Shown here in pieces: positions 48,827-58,056 of a DNA stretch of 64,000 nucleotides; positions within the stretch are counted from its first letter, which is position 1, and every line of letters starts with the position of its first letter. This DNA is from Candidatus Binatia bacterium (lineage in GTDB: Bacteria > Desulfobacterota > Binatia > HRBIN30), in contig JBBRSP010000008.1 of the NCBI GenBank assembly GCA_038245295.1, positions 32,001 through 96,000 on the forward strand, read 5' to 3'. The notes beneath the pieces are model-generated. The model ran no database searches. It worked only from the letters and a program-made list of their open reading frames with translations, and had not been told where the DNA came from. The position numbers and the translations under genes are program-made.

Positions 48827-49813
48827 ATGAGCACGGAAAACCTCTTGCAGCAAATGTTGGCCGGAGACCGGCGGGCCTTGGCTCGCCTGATGACCCTGGT
48901 CGAAAACAATCATCCGGACACCGCGCTCATCCTGAGCGCCGCCCATCAGCGCGACGGCGAAGCGTACATCATTGGTATCACCGGCCCTCCGGGGGCGGGG
49001 AAGTCGACCCTGGTCGATCGCCTCATTGGCCTCCTGCGCGCCGCAGGACAGAGCGTCGGCGTCGTGGCGATCGATCCCTCCAGCCCGTTCTCCGGCGGTG
49101 CGGTGCTGGGCGATCGCATCCGCATGCAGAGTCACTACCTGGATTCCGGCGTCTTCATCCGCAGCATGAGCACGCGCGGTAGCCACGGCGGCTTGTCGCG
49201 CGCCACGCGTCACGTCAGCCAGCTACTACGCGCCTTTGGTAAACAATTCATCATCATCGAGACGGTCGGTGTTGGCCAAACCGAGCTCGACGTGATGGGT
49301 ATCGCGGATACGACCATTGTCGTGTTGGTGCCGGAAGCCGGGGATACGGTACAGGCCATGAAAGCCGGCCTCCTGGAGATCGCCGACATCTTCGTCATCA
49401 ACAAGGCGGATCGCGACGGCGCCGCCCGCATCAAGGCGGATCTCGAGATGATGTTGCAATTGCGTCCGGCGGCGGAGTGGACGGTTCCCGTCTTGCTCAC
49501 CAAGGCTTCCGAAGCCGTGGGTGTCGCCGAATTGCTGGCCGCCGTGAATCAGCACCGCGAGTTCAAGCAGCATTGCGGGATCGATCCGCAGGTTGCCGAA
49601 GCCGCGCGTCGCGACGAATTCATCGACGTGCTCAACGCCGAGATTAGCCGGCGTGTCAAAGACGGCCTCACGCAGGGGAAGCTCGATGACATGTTGGGCC
49701 GCATTCGACGCGGAGAGATCGATCCGTATCGGGCTGCGCTGCAGGTTGTGGCGGACTACTCCGGTCTCGCCGCCCTGATGCGCCCGGCCGCAGCCCTGGA
49801 CAGTGAACCATGA
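48827..49813 (+). CDS. meaB: Methylmalonyl-CoA mutase-associated GTPase MeaB/ArgK
   Basis: GITGPPGAGKST, DPSSPFSGGAVLGDRIRM, ETVGVGQ, INKAD. Confidence 0.92.
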   Translation: MSTENLLQQMLAGDRRALARLMTLVENNHPDTALILSAAHQRDGEAYIIGITGPPGAGKSTLVDRLIGLLRAAGQSVGVVAIDPSSPFSGGAVLGDRIRMQSHYLDSGVFIRSMSTRGSHGGLSRATRHVSQLLRAFGKQFIIIETVGVGQTELDVMGIADTTIVVLVPEAGDTVQAMKAGLLEIADIFVINKADRDGAARIKADLEMMLQLRPAAEWTVPVLLTKASEAVGVAELLAAVNQHREFKQHCGIDPQVAEAARRDEFIDVLNAEISRRVKDGLTQGKLDDMLGRIRRGEIDPYRAALQVVADYSGLAALMRPAAALDSEP

Positions 49814-50544
49814 GCGCGGCGCGTTGGTTCGTCATCGGTGATATTCACGGCTGCATCGCCGAGGTCGACCGACTGCTCGAACACATCGCGCCCACCGCAC
49901 TCGATACGATCATTTTCCTGGGCGACTATGTTGATCGCGGCCCCGATGCGAAAGGCGTCATCGAACGCCTCGTACGGTTGGCGAGCGAAGGGCCACACTG
50001 TGTCTTCCTCAAGGGCAACCACGAGGACATGTTTCTTTCCTATCTCGGATTGCCGGGCAACTACGGCAACGTGTTTGTTGCCAACGGTGGTGGTCCGACC
50101 CTGCGTAGCTATGGCATGGACGAGAAGGCGGGGGCCGCGGCGTTGCCGTTGCTGCCGCCTTCGCACCGCCTGTTCCTCGAGTCGCTGCAGATCACGCACG
50201 AGATTGGCCCGTTCGTTTGTGTCCACGCCGGTTTCCTGCCGCAGCGCGCTCTCGACGACCAAAGAGAAGAAGACATGTTGTGGGTGCGCGATGAGTGGGT
50301 GCGGGCGCGGCATTCCTACGATCGGACGGTTCTTTTCGGCCACACTCCGCGGCGGGATGTCTACCGCCACATGCCATACAAGATCGGCCTGGATACGGGT
50401 TGCGTATACTGGAATAAATTGAGTTGTCTCGAACTTGTCAGCGGATCGCTGTTGCAGATCCAGCGCGGCAGTCGGCTCGTGAATGGCGCCGATCTGCAGC
50501 GCGCCGTAATTCAGGAGGGTGCTGTCTGGCCTCAAATCCGATAG
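49810..50544 (+). CDS. Calcineurin-like metallophosphoesterase (Ser/Thr phosphatase/ApaH-like)
   Basis: GDIHG, GDYVDRG, GNHE, HAG, GHTP, DTG; ATGA-coupled to meaB. Confidence 0.9.
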   Translation: MSAARWFVIGDIHGCIAEVDRLLEHIAPTALDTIIFLGDYVDRGPDAKGVIERLVRLASEGPHCVFLKGNHEDMFLSYLGLPGNYGNVFVANGGGPTLRSYGMDEKAGAAALPLLPPSHRLFLESLQITHEIGPFVCVHAGFLPQRALDDQREEDMLWVRDEWVRARHSYDRTVLFGHTPRRDVYRHMPYKIGLDTGCVYWNKLSCLELVSGSLLQIQRGSRLVNGADLQRAVIQEGAVWPQIR

Positions 50545-50576
50545 AGGTTTGCACTCGTCGCCGCTGGCGGCTCATC

Positions 50577-52421
50577 ATGTTGGTGGCGCCTTTCGCGCTC
50601 GTGTTCGGAATGCCGATCGGCGGGGCACTGGCGATGCCACGGCGTCTGGCCCAAGCGCGGCTGGCTGGCGTTCCAGCGTCAAACGCAACGGCACACGTTA
50701 CCATCACTCTAGGCCTGCGTCGGCAAGCGGAACTGCGCCAGTTGCTGGCGGCGCAGCAAGACCCGGCAAGTCCCTTGTATCACCAATGGCTGTCGCCCGA
50801 GGCGTTCGCCGATCGCTTCGCCCCGAGCCTGGCGGAGTATGAAAACGTCGCCGGATGGCTGAGCTCCTCAGGCGTCGAGGTGCGACGCTTCGCCAATCGG
50901 CTACGGCTGGATGTCTTCGGTGATGTTGCGACGGTCGAGACGCTGCTGCAGGTGCGGATGCAGCACTTTGCACTGGGCGATCGAATGGTTATGGCATCGC
51001 CCGACACTCCGACGCTTCCATCGACCATGACGGGGTTGATCGAACATGTGAGACTCGACAATGCACCGTTGGCGCGCCCGATCGTACGGGTCAACACGAC
51101 GATCGGGTCACTCAATGTCCTCGGGCCGGCCGATCTCTACCTCGCCTACAACATGACTCCGCTCCTAGCCGCCGGCACGGATGGCAGCGGCCAGAAAATA
51201 GCCATCGTGGCGCGTGCCGATTTCAAGATCGCCGACGTGAATCGCTTCCGACAACAGTTCGGCCTCACGGCGGTCCCGCCGGTGAAAGTGTTTCCCGGCA
51301 CGAATCCCGGAATCGGTGCCATCCGCGGTGTCTGCGCCGACCTCCACGATCCGCGGGCCCAGCAGATCTGCGTCCAGGGCGAGGAGGGCGAGGTGCTTCT
51401 CGATGCACAGTGGGCCGGCGCCGCGGCGCCGGGGGCGGAGGTCCTGGTCGATATTTCTGACTCCGACATTGATGCTTCGCTCGCGGACATCGTGGCTCAC
51501 CACGCCGATGCCAAGTTGATTGGCATGAGTTTCGGTGTTTGCGAGCGTCTGGACGCCGGCGAATCGCAACCCCTGTTCTTCCCACTCTATCTGCAGGCGG
51601 CGGCCCAGGGGCAGACGATCTTTGTCTCCAGTGGTGACGACGGCGCCGACGGATGTCAGGACGGCAAGGCCGCGGGGGTGAGCGTCTTGGCCTCGGACCC
51701 CAATGTTACCTCGGTCGGGGGGACGACGCTCGATCCAGGGTTCGATCCTCAAGGGAATGCGACAGCTTACGTCGGTGAGGGTGTTTGGAACGACAAGTCC
51801 GGTGCTTCGGGTGGTGGCGTCAGCACCGTCGTTGAACGCCCATTCTTCCAGAGCGGTGCCGGCATCGCACCGGGGACAATGCGTCTGCAGCCGGACGTTG
51901 CGCTGGCGGGAAGCCCTGGGGCCCCCGGGTTTGCGCTGATCTTCGAGGGCTCAACGGTGGTGGTCGGGGGCACGAGTGTCGGCACGCCGATCTGGGCCGG
52001 CATGGCAGCATTGTTAGCCCAACACTCGGGCGACTCCGGGCTGGGACCGCTGAATCCGTCCTTGTACAAGTTCGGTCGCAAGCAGCACATCTTTGGCGCG
52101 GCGCCGGTATTTCATGACGTCACGGCCGGCAACAATCGCTTCAATGGGGTGAGTGGCTTCAGTGCGCAACCGGGTTACGACGAAACGACCGGGCTTGGCA
52201 GTCCGGACGTCGCCGCGCTTGCCGGTGCTCTGGTCGAGTGTGCCGGCGACTGCAACGGTGACGCTGCGGTGACTGTCGACGAAATCCTTTTGGCCGTGAA
52301 CATTGCCTTGGAGAACGAGCCGTACCCACGCTGTGGCGCGGCGGATGTTGATGCCGACGGCACAGTCGGCGTCAACGAAATTATCGCCGCCGTGGATCGG
52401 GCGCTGGCTGGTTGCCGTTGA
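50577..52421 (+). CDS. Secreted sedolisin-family (S53) peptidase with prodomain and dockerin-like domain
   Basis: DPASPLYHQWLSPEAFADRF prodomain, EVLLD, SSGDDG, PDVA, GGTS, TGLGSP, GDCNGDAAVTVDEI. Confidence 0.9.
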   Translation: MLVAPFALVFGMPIGGALAMPRRLAQARLAGVPASNATAHVTITLGLRRQAELRQLLAAQQDPASPLYHQWLSPEAFADRFAPSLAEYENVAGWLSSSGVEVRRFANRLRLDVFGDVATVETLLQVRMQHFALGDRMVMASPDTPTLPSTMTGLIEHVRLDNAPLARPIVRVNTTIGSLNVLGPADLYLAYNMTPLLAAGTDGSGQKIAIVARADFKIADVNRFRQQFGLTAVPPVKVFPGTNPGIGAIRGVCADLHDPRAQQICVQGEEGEVLLDAQWAGAAAPGAEVLVDISDSDIDASLADIVAHHADAKLIGMSFGVCERLDAGESQPLFFPLYLQAAAQGQTIFVSSGDDGADGCQDGKAAGVSVLASDPNVTSVGGTTLDPGFDPQGNATAYVGEGVWNDKSGASGGGVSTVVERPFFQSGAGIAPGTMRLQPDVALAGSPGAPGFALIFEGSTVVVGGTSVGTPIWAGMAALLAQHSGDSGLGPLNPSLYKFGRKQHIFGAAPVFHDVTAGNNRFNGVSGFSAQPGYDETTGLGSPDVAALAGALVECAGDCNGDAAVTVDEILLAVNIALENEPYPRCGAADVDADGTVGVNEIIAAVDRALAGCR

Positions 52422-52460
52422 AGTGGCCACGGTGACGACCTCGGAAAGGTTCAGATCATG

Positions 52461-52832
52461 CTAGCCGACTGAGTTGCGGCGGGTTTTCGAGACATTGGGG
52501 CGACTGCGCGACAGACTAGGGTTACTTTCGCCACGCATACGGTGCAAGGCAAGACGAGTCGCCTCGGCATCGAGCCCGAGCATGTCGCAGACAACAGGGA
52601 ACGAGAAGAGCGCTTCCGAGCGTGCTGTGTTGATCCATAGCTCCGCGTCAGTACGCAGGCGCCCGGCGCCGAAGAGGTAGGTGCGTACCCCTTCCTCGAG
52701 GACCGCCAACATCAGGGCACGCGTGCCGCGGAATTCGCGTCGGTAACTCGGTTCACCGGCGGCCAGCGCCCCGCTGTTGAGGAAAGAAGAATCGAGATCT
52801 TCAAGCTGGAAGGGGAGTGGTTCGTAAGCCAT
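52461..52832 (-). CDS. Hypothetical protein, paralog of the adjacent ORF
   Basis: RALMLAVLEEGV..ELWI..LFSFPVVCDMLGLD. Confidence 0.75.
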   Translation of the reverse strand: MAYEPLPFQLEDLDSSFLNSGALAAGEPSYRREFRGTRALMLAVLEEGVRTYLFGAGRLRTDAELWINTARSEALFSFPVVCDMLGLDAEATRLALHRMRGESNPSLSRSRPNVSKTRRNSVG

Positions 52833-52874
52833 GGCGATGGTCCCATTAGTGACCGACCGCGAGCATCCGTTTGG

Positions 52875-53282
52875 CTAGCTGGCCAGCGCGCTGCGTTGGG
52901 CCACCGTCTCGTCCATATCCGCCGCGGCATATCCGCGCGGCAAGATACGGCCCCGGTCGCGCCGCTGGCGAATCCACGATTCTTCCGCCTTGGCAGCGTA
53001 ACGGCGCACTTTCATGGGGCGCTCGCCTGCCGGCCGCTTCAAGACACAGCGCCGGATGTAATCTGCATTCAGCCCGAGGGCGTCACAAACGTTGGCAAAG
53101 GAGAACAATCCGGAGCGCTCCGTCGATTGGAACCAGGCTCGCTCTTTGAGAATCTCGCGGTGCAGTCGCAAATCCGCCGGCGAGCCGATGGCGCGAGCCC
53201 CGACCGCTCGCACCGCGTCGATGAGAACCGCCAGCATTAGGCGCCGTTCGCCATCTTCCGGCAGCGCATCCACGAATTCCAT
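52875..53282 (-). CDS. Hypothetical protein, paralog of the adjacent ORF
   Basis: ERRLMLAVLIDAV..RAWF..LFSFANVCDALGLN; RBS AGAGG before ATG 53282. Confidence 0.75.
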   Translation of the reverse strand: MEFVDALPEDGERRLMLAVLIDAVRAVGARAIGSPADLRLHREILKERAWFQSTERSGLFSFANVCDALGLNADYIRRCVLKRPAGERPMKVRRYAAKAEESWIRQRRDRGRILPRGYAAADMDETVAQRSALAS

Positions 53283-53409
53283 CCCAATACCTCTACGTCG
53301 TGCCACTCGGACCTCCCTGCTCTGTGCTTAGAAAGATACAGAGAACAATTTTTTTGCTGCACGGGGAGGCTGGGCAAATGACGCGATTGCTAATTGCTGA
53401 GATAAAATT

Positions 53410-53512
53410 ATTTGGTCATTTGGTCATTTGGCCAGCTGGTCGTTGGCAAAGTAGCAAAATGACCAAACGGCCAAACGGGTCAAATGGCAGATGGCCAAAT
53501 GACCAGCTGGTC
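53410..53512. repeat. Inverted arrays of the 8-bp CARATGRC unit
   Basis: (tttggtca)2 tttggcca ... aaatgacc aaacggcc ... agatggcc aaatgacc. Confidence 0.75.
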
Positions 53513-53520
53513 CCGTTTGG

Positions 53521-55044
53521 CTATCTTTCGATGAACCCGACCTTGTTCTCCAGATGAGCCAGCAAGGCGTCCGTGTCCGGCGCCCGTCCGGTGGCACGCT
53601 CGATCAACTCCGTGCCGCGGAAGCGTTGTCCGATCCGGTGCACGTTGACGCGCATCCATTCGAGCAGCGGCGCGCAGTCGCCGCGCGATAACTGCGTCTC
53701 GATGTCACCGAGTACGGTCCGTGCCTTCTGCATCAACTGCGCCGCGTAGATGTTGCCCAGCGTGTAGGTGGGGAAGTAGCCGAAGTCGCCGCACGACCAG
53801 TGTACGTCCTGCAGCACCCCGTCGCGGTCGGTGGGCGGTTCGATGCCGAGCGAGCGCTGCATCTTGGCGCGCCACGCCTCGGGGAGATCGACGACGCGCA
53901 ACGTGCCACTGATCAGCTCCAACTCGAGCTCGAAGCGCAGGATAATGTGCAAATTGTAGGTGACTTCATCCGACTCAGTGCGAATGAACGATGGCTTCGC
54001 TTCATTAACCGTATGTGCGACGGCGGCGACCGAGACGTTCTCCAGGGCCGGGAAGAAGCGTCGCGCCAGCGGCAGCAGATATTCCCAAAAGGCGGCCGAC
54101 CGGCCGACCAGATTTTCCCACAGGCGCGACTGCGACTCGTGGATCCCAAGCGAGCAGGATTCGCCGCACGGGGTGCCCCATGCCTGCGCTTCGAGCCCCT
54201 GCTCGTACATGCCGTGGCCGGCCTCATGGATCGTCGAGAAGAGGCCGTACCGCAGGTCGTTGGCGGCGTAACGGGTCGTTAGACGCGAGTCGTCGCCGAT
54301 CGAAGTCGAGAACGGATGTGCCGCTTCATCGAGCCGACCACGGGTGAGATCGAACCCGAGAATCTTCAGCACCTCTCGGTTGAACTGGCGCTGCGCTTCG
54401 ATGGGGAAGTCGCCGCACAGGACCGTCGCCGTCGCCGACGGCCGGGTTGCGCGGATTCGCAGACGCTCCACGAGTGGCACCAGGCCGTCGCGCAGCTGTT
54501 CCAACATCGGCCGCAGCGTCGCTGTTGTCGCACCGGGCTCATAGGCTTCGAGCAATACGTCGTAGGCGAAACGCGACGCGTCGATCCGCTGCGCCATTTC
54601 GCGGGCCAGCTCGACGATGCGAGCTAGATACGGCGCCAGCGCAGCGAAGTCGTTGTCGCGGCGTGCGCTGATCCACACGTTGCGGGCATGTGCATGCAGC
54701 TCGGCGCGCTGTCGAACGAACGGCTCGTCGAGGGCGCGCTGGCGATCCAGCTTCCACTTGGTTTCGCGGATATCGACAGCTTGATCGGCGTTGAACTCTT
54801 CGGGGCGGGTTGCCAGGTCGTCGACGAGATTAAGAAACTCCGGTGCCGTCCTCTCGCGATGCAACGCCGACGACAAGGCGCCGATCTGTCGCACTCGCGA
54901 GTCAATGGCGCCGCTCGGCAGGTAGGTTTCTTGATCCCATTCGAGTAACGCCAGGGCAGCGCCAAGGTTGGCCTGCTGGCGCAACATGTGGACCAGGCGT
55001 TCGTATTTGCTCTCGCTGTTCATGGCTGTTGGCTCATCCGACAT
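53521..55044 (-). CDS. Carboxypeptidase Taq (M32)
   Basis: WDQET, HPF, HEAGH..YEQ, HESQS, IRTESDE, QDVHW, GYFPTY. Start 55044 or 55023. Confidence 0.93.
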   Translation of the reverse strand: MSDEPTAMNSESKYERLVHMLRQQANLGAALALLEWDQETYLPSGAIDSRVRQIGALSSALHRERTAPEFLNLVDDLATRPEEFNADQAVDIRETKWKLDRQRALDEPFVRQRAELHAHARNVWISARRDNDFAALAPYLARIVELAREMAQRIDASRFAYDVLLEAYEPGATTATLRPMLEQLRDGLVPLVERLRIRATRPSATATVLCGDFPIEAQRQFNREVLKILGFDLTRGRLDEAAHPFSTSIGDDSRLTTRYAANDLRYGLFSTIHEAGHGMYEQGLEAQAWGTPCGESCSLGIHESQSRLWENLVGRSAAFWEYLLPLARRFFPALENVSVAAVAHTVNEAKPSFIRTESDEVTYNLHIILRFELELELISGTLRVVDLPEAWRAKMQRSLGIEPPTDRDGVLQDVHWSCGDFGYFPTYTLGNIYAAQLMQKARTVLGDIETQLSRGDCAPLLEWMRVNVHRIGQRFRGTELIERATGRAPDTDALLAHLENKVGFIER

Positions 55045-55549
55045 GCGACGTGGCCAGGTGTAGCCCGGCGATGGTCTTGGCGTCATCGATGCGGCCGTCG
55101 CGGATCATTTCCAGAGCCTCGGCAAACGGCACCCAATGAACGCTGAGCACTTCGTCGGCTTCGAGCGCCTGCGACTCCTGGCGCAACTCGCGAGCGAGAA
55201 ACAGATGGATGCGTTCATCGCAGAAGCCGGGCGCCGTCAGGATACTCCCAAGCCGGATGATCTGCGCCGCCACCAAGCCCGTTTCTTCGCGTAGCTCGCG
55301 CCCGGCGCATACCTCCGGTGCCTCGCCGGGATCGAGCTTGCCGGCGGGAAGCTCCCATAGGTAGCCGGCGGCGGCGTGGCGAAACTGGTGGATGAGCGAG
55401 ACGCGGTTGTCGGGGTCGAGGGCGACGACCGCCGCCGCTCCGGGATGGCGAATCATTTCGAGAGACACACGCATGCCGTTCGGCAGAGTGGTTTCTTCGA
55501 GCCGCAAATCGACGATCCGGCCTTTGTAGATCGGTTGCACGCCGTTCAT
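55034..55549 (-). CDS. NUDIX hydrolase (ADP-ribose/ADP-sugar pyrophosphatase, NudF-like)
   Basis: HPGAAAV, QFR, Nudix box ELPAGKLDPGE..AGRELREETG, IDDAKT. Confidence 0.9.
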   Translation of the reverse strand: MNGVQPIYKGRIVDLRLEETTLPNGMRVSLEMIRHPGAAAVVALDPDNRVSLIHQFRHAAAGYLWELPAGKLDPGEAPEVCAGRELREETGLVAAQIIRLGSILTAPGFCDERIHLFLARELRQESQALEADEVLSVHWVPFAEALEMIRDGRIDDAKTIAGLHLATSHVG

Positions 55550-55558
55550 TTCAACGGC

Positions 55559-56833
55559 TCAGATGACGCTACCGGCGGGCACGACGCCATTCTTCGGGAC
55601 GATGACGATGCCCTCGCGGATGTGGAATCCGGGACCGTCGGCGTTCTCGCTCTCGTCGTGCTTGGCTATCACCACGTGGTCGCCAATACGCGCGTTCTTG
55701 TCGATGATGGCGCGCTCGATGCGGCAGCCGGCGCCAATGCCGATCGGCAGGATCTCGCGTGGCGAGGCGCCGCCGTCGACCTCCGCCTCATAGTAGTCGG
55801 CTCCCATCATGACGACCTCGGAGAGCTGACTGCCGGGGCCGATGACGCTGCGAATGCCGATGATGCTGCGCTCGATCGACTCGGCGTCGATGCGACCGCC
55901 TTCGCAGATGATCGATTGCCGGACATCGGTGCCGCGCAGCCGGGTGCCGGGCAGAAAGCGCGGGTGTGTGTAGATGGGGCGTTTCTGGGCGAATAAGTCG
56001 ATCGGTGGGCCCTCGAGCGCCAGGTCGATGTTGGCGGCAAAGAAGGTTCGAATCGTGCCGATGTCTTCCCAGTAGCCGGTGTAGAAGTGCGAGTGCACGC
56101 GGCGCGAGTGGATGGCGTTGGGGATGACTTCCTTGCCGAAGTCCAGCTGCGCCGGGTCTTCGAGGACGCGCATCAGCACTTCTGGGCGGAATACGTAGAT
56201 GCCCATCGACGCCAGGTAGCGCCGTTCGGGCGGCACGCCGCGCGCACTGCGCATGCGTTCGTCGAGAGCCAGGCGGCGCAGGACTTCGATGTCACGCGGT
56301 TTCTCGACGAAGTCGGCGACCGTGCCGTACGAACCGATCTGCAAAATGCCGAACTGGCTGGCGTCGCGCTCGGTGACCGGAGTGGCGGCAATGGTAATGT
56401 CGGCGCCGCTGTTGTGGTGCGTGTCGAGGATGCCGCGAAAATCCATGTCGTAGAGCTGATCGCCGGAGAGGATGAGGATCGCCTCGGTGCCGGCGCGCAG
56501 GAAGCGATGTAGTTGCTTGCGTACGGCGTCCGCCGTTCCCTGGTACCAGGCCTCACTCGTTTCGGTTTGTTCGGCGGCGAGGATCTCGACAAAGCCGTTG
56601 CTGAAGGCGTCGAAGCGGTAGGTGCGTGACACATGGCGGTTCAAAGACGCCGACTGGAACTGCGACAGCACGAAGATCTGTCGCAATCCAGAATTGATAC
56701 ACGCGCTGATCGGAATATCGACGAGCCGGAACTTGCCGGCCAAGGGCACCGCCGGCTTGCTGCGCGATTGTGTCAAAGGAAACAACCGCGTTCCGCGTCC
56801 CCCACCCAAGATGACGGCGACCACGTTCTCCAC
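55559..56833 (-). CDS. glgC: Glucose-1-phosphate adenylyltransferase
   Basis: GGGRGTRLFPLT..RSKPAVP, WYQGTADAV, SGDQLY, FVEKP, ASMGIY, DFGKE, YWEDIGT. Confidence 0.95.
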   Translation of the reverse strand: MENVVAVILGGGRGTRLFPLTQSRSKPAVPLAGKFRLVDIPISACINSGLRQIFVLSQFQSASLNRHVSRTYRFDAFSNGFVEILAAEQTETSEAWYQGTADAVRKQLHRFLRAGTEAILILSGDQLYDMDFRGILDTHHNSGADITIAATPVTERDASQFGILQIGSYGTVADFVEKPRDIEVLRRLALDERMRSARGVPPERRYLASMGIYVFRPEVLMRVLEDPAQLDFGKEVIPNAIHSRRVHSHFYTGYWEDIGTIRTFFAANIDLALEGPPIDLFAQKRPIYTHPRFLPGTRLRGTDVRQSIICEGGRIDAESIERSIIGIRSVIGPGSQLSEVVMMGADYYEAEVDGGASPREILPIGIGAGCRIERAIIDKNARIGDHVVIAKHDESENADGPGFHIREGIVIVPKNGVVPAGSVI

Positions 56834-56890
56834 GCGGGCACAGTACAAGGAATTGTCACGGCGCTCCAGTGCGGATGGGCCGGAAACGCG

Positions 56891-57757
56891 TCAGTCTTGC
56901 TTGTTCTTGTCGATTTCTTGGTGATCGCGCCGCAACGGATTCGCTTCATCGAAGAGCCAGGGCGGGTAACAGCGGTGAAACACCGGGCCGCGTCGGGCTC
57001 GGACGTAGAGTTGGTCGCCGTAGTTCTGCCGGTAGACGAGCTTCAACGCGGCGTTGATGAGCCGCTGCGAGGCCGGTAACCGCTCGGCCTGCTCAACATG
57101 TACGCATTCGACCACGAAGCCGGTCATGGTCAGCAGGTCGACCACCTCCGGCGCCGTGTACTCGCGGTTGTGGCGCCAGGTTGGGCCGAAGACCACTTCA
57201 TAGGGTTTGTAGACGTTGCGTCCGTGCAGCAGCGCCAGGATGTTTTGCAGATTGGCGACGTTCGGGGTGGTGAGCACCAGCCAACCATTGGGCTTGAGCA
57301 CGCGGTGAATGCTCTCGAGCATACGAATTGGATCGGCGGTGGGATGTTCGAGCACTTCGCAGCACAACGTGCCGTCGAACTGTTGGTCCGTGAAGGGCAG
57401 GGCCTCGTGTTCGATGTCGTACAGGGCACTGTGGAACTGATGCTCTTCTCCGAACGCAGGCAACCGGATGGTCGCATTGCGCTCGCGGTCTCCCGATGCG
57501 TCAAAATCCAGCAGGGTCAGGGCGTAGGGGTGGAACCGCTTCATCAACAAAGTAAAGGTGTAGGGCATGGCGCCGATCTCGAGGCATTGCTGCCCGGCGA
57601 CGCCAGGGGGGACGAGATCGAGTGTGCGCCGGAAGCGTGTCAGGCAGCCACGCACCCAACGTTTGTGGCTCGCCGCCGCCCACGCCGGATGCTCGATGTC
57701 GAGGAGGTAGGGCTCGATCTCGGCGTTGGTCCACGGACCCTCGGGCTTCAACGGCAC
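56891..57757 (-). CDS. Class I SAM-dependent methyltransferase
   Basis: CLEIGA, LPFTDQQFD..CEVLEH, RVLKPNGWLVLTTPN, HNREYT; start uncertain. Confidence 0.85.
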   Translation of the reverse strand: MPLKPEGPWTNAEIEPYLLDIEHPAWAAASHKRWVRGCLTRFRRTLDLVPPGVAGQQCLEIGAMPYTFTLLMKRFHPYALTLLDFDASGDRERNATIRLPAFGEEHQFHSALYDIEHEALPFTDQQFDGTLCCEVLEHPTADPIRMLESIHRVLKPNGWLVLTTPNVANLQNILALLHGRNVYKPYEVVFGPTWRHNREYTAPEVVDLLTMTGFVVECVHVEQAERLPASQRLINAALKLVYRQNYGDQLYVRARRGPVFHRCYPPWLFDEANPLRRDHQEIDKNKQD

Positions 57758-58008
57758 GGGCCGCGCGTAACACGAAGCGTTGTGGCTGCCAATCGATCTG
57801 GCGGTGTCGGGGGGGGGTGGCGCACCCCCCCCCCCCAACCGCCCGCGCGACCCAGTTTGTAAAATCAGGGGCCCCGCGGGCTACAACGGCAGGGGCCGCG
57901 GGTACCACGAAGCGTTGGGGGTGCCAACGGAACTGGCGGTGTCGGGGGCGGTTCGCGACCCCCCCCCGACAATCGTCCGGCGCTAGCAAGTTTGAAATAT
58001 CTGGCGCC
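57738..58008. repeat. Two diverged tandem copies of a 135-bp unit, each with a G/C hairpin
   Basis: cacgaagcgttg at 57771 and 57906; ctggcggtgtcggggg in both; agtttg..atc at +135 spacing. Confidence 0.7.
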
Positions 58009-58056
58009 AGGCTGCTAAGAGGCCGGGGTTCTGCTTTGCCAGGACACGAGCCACAC

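Noticed and set aside
57860..58056. T-box riboswitch upstream of ileS
   Set aside because: No T-box consensus or terminator/antiterminator is visible.
57622..58056. N-terminal extensions in the ORF track (IleS from 57622; also 26488, 20356, 16445, 8384, 50424)
   Set aside because: Homology motifs and RBS or overlap evidence place the starts further downstream.
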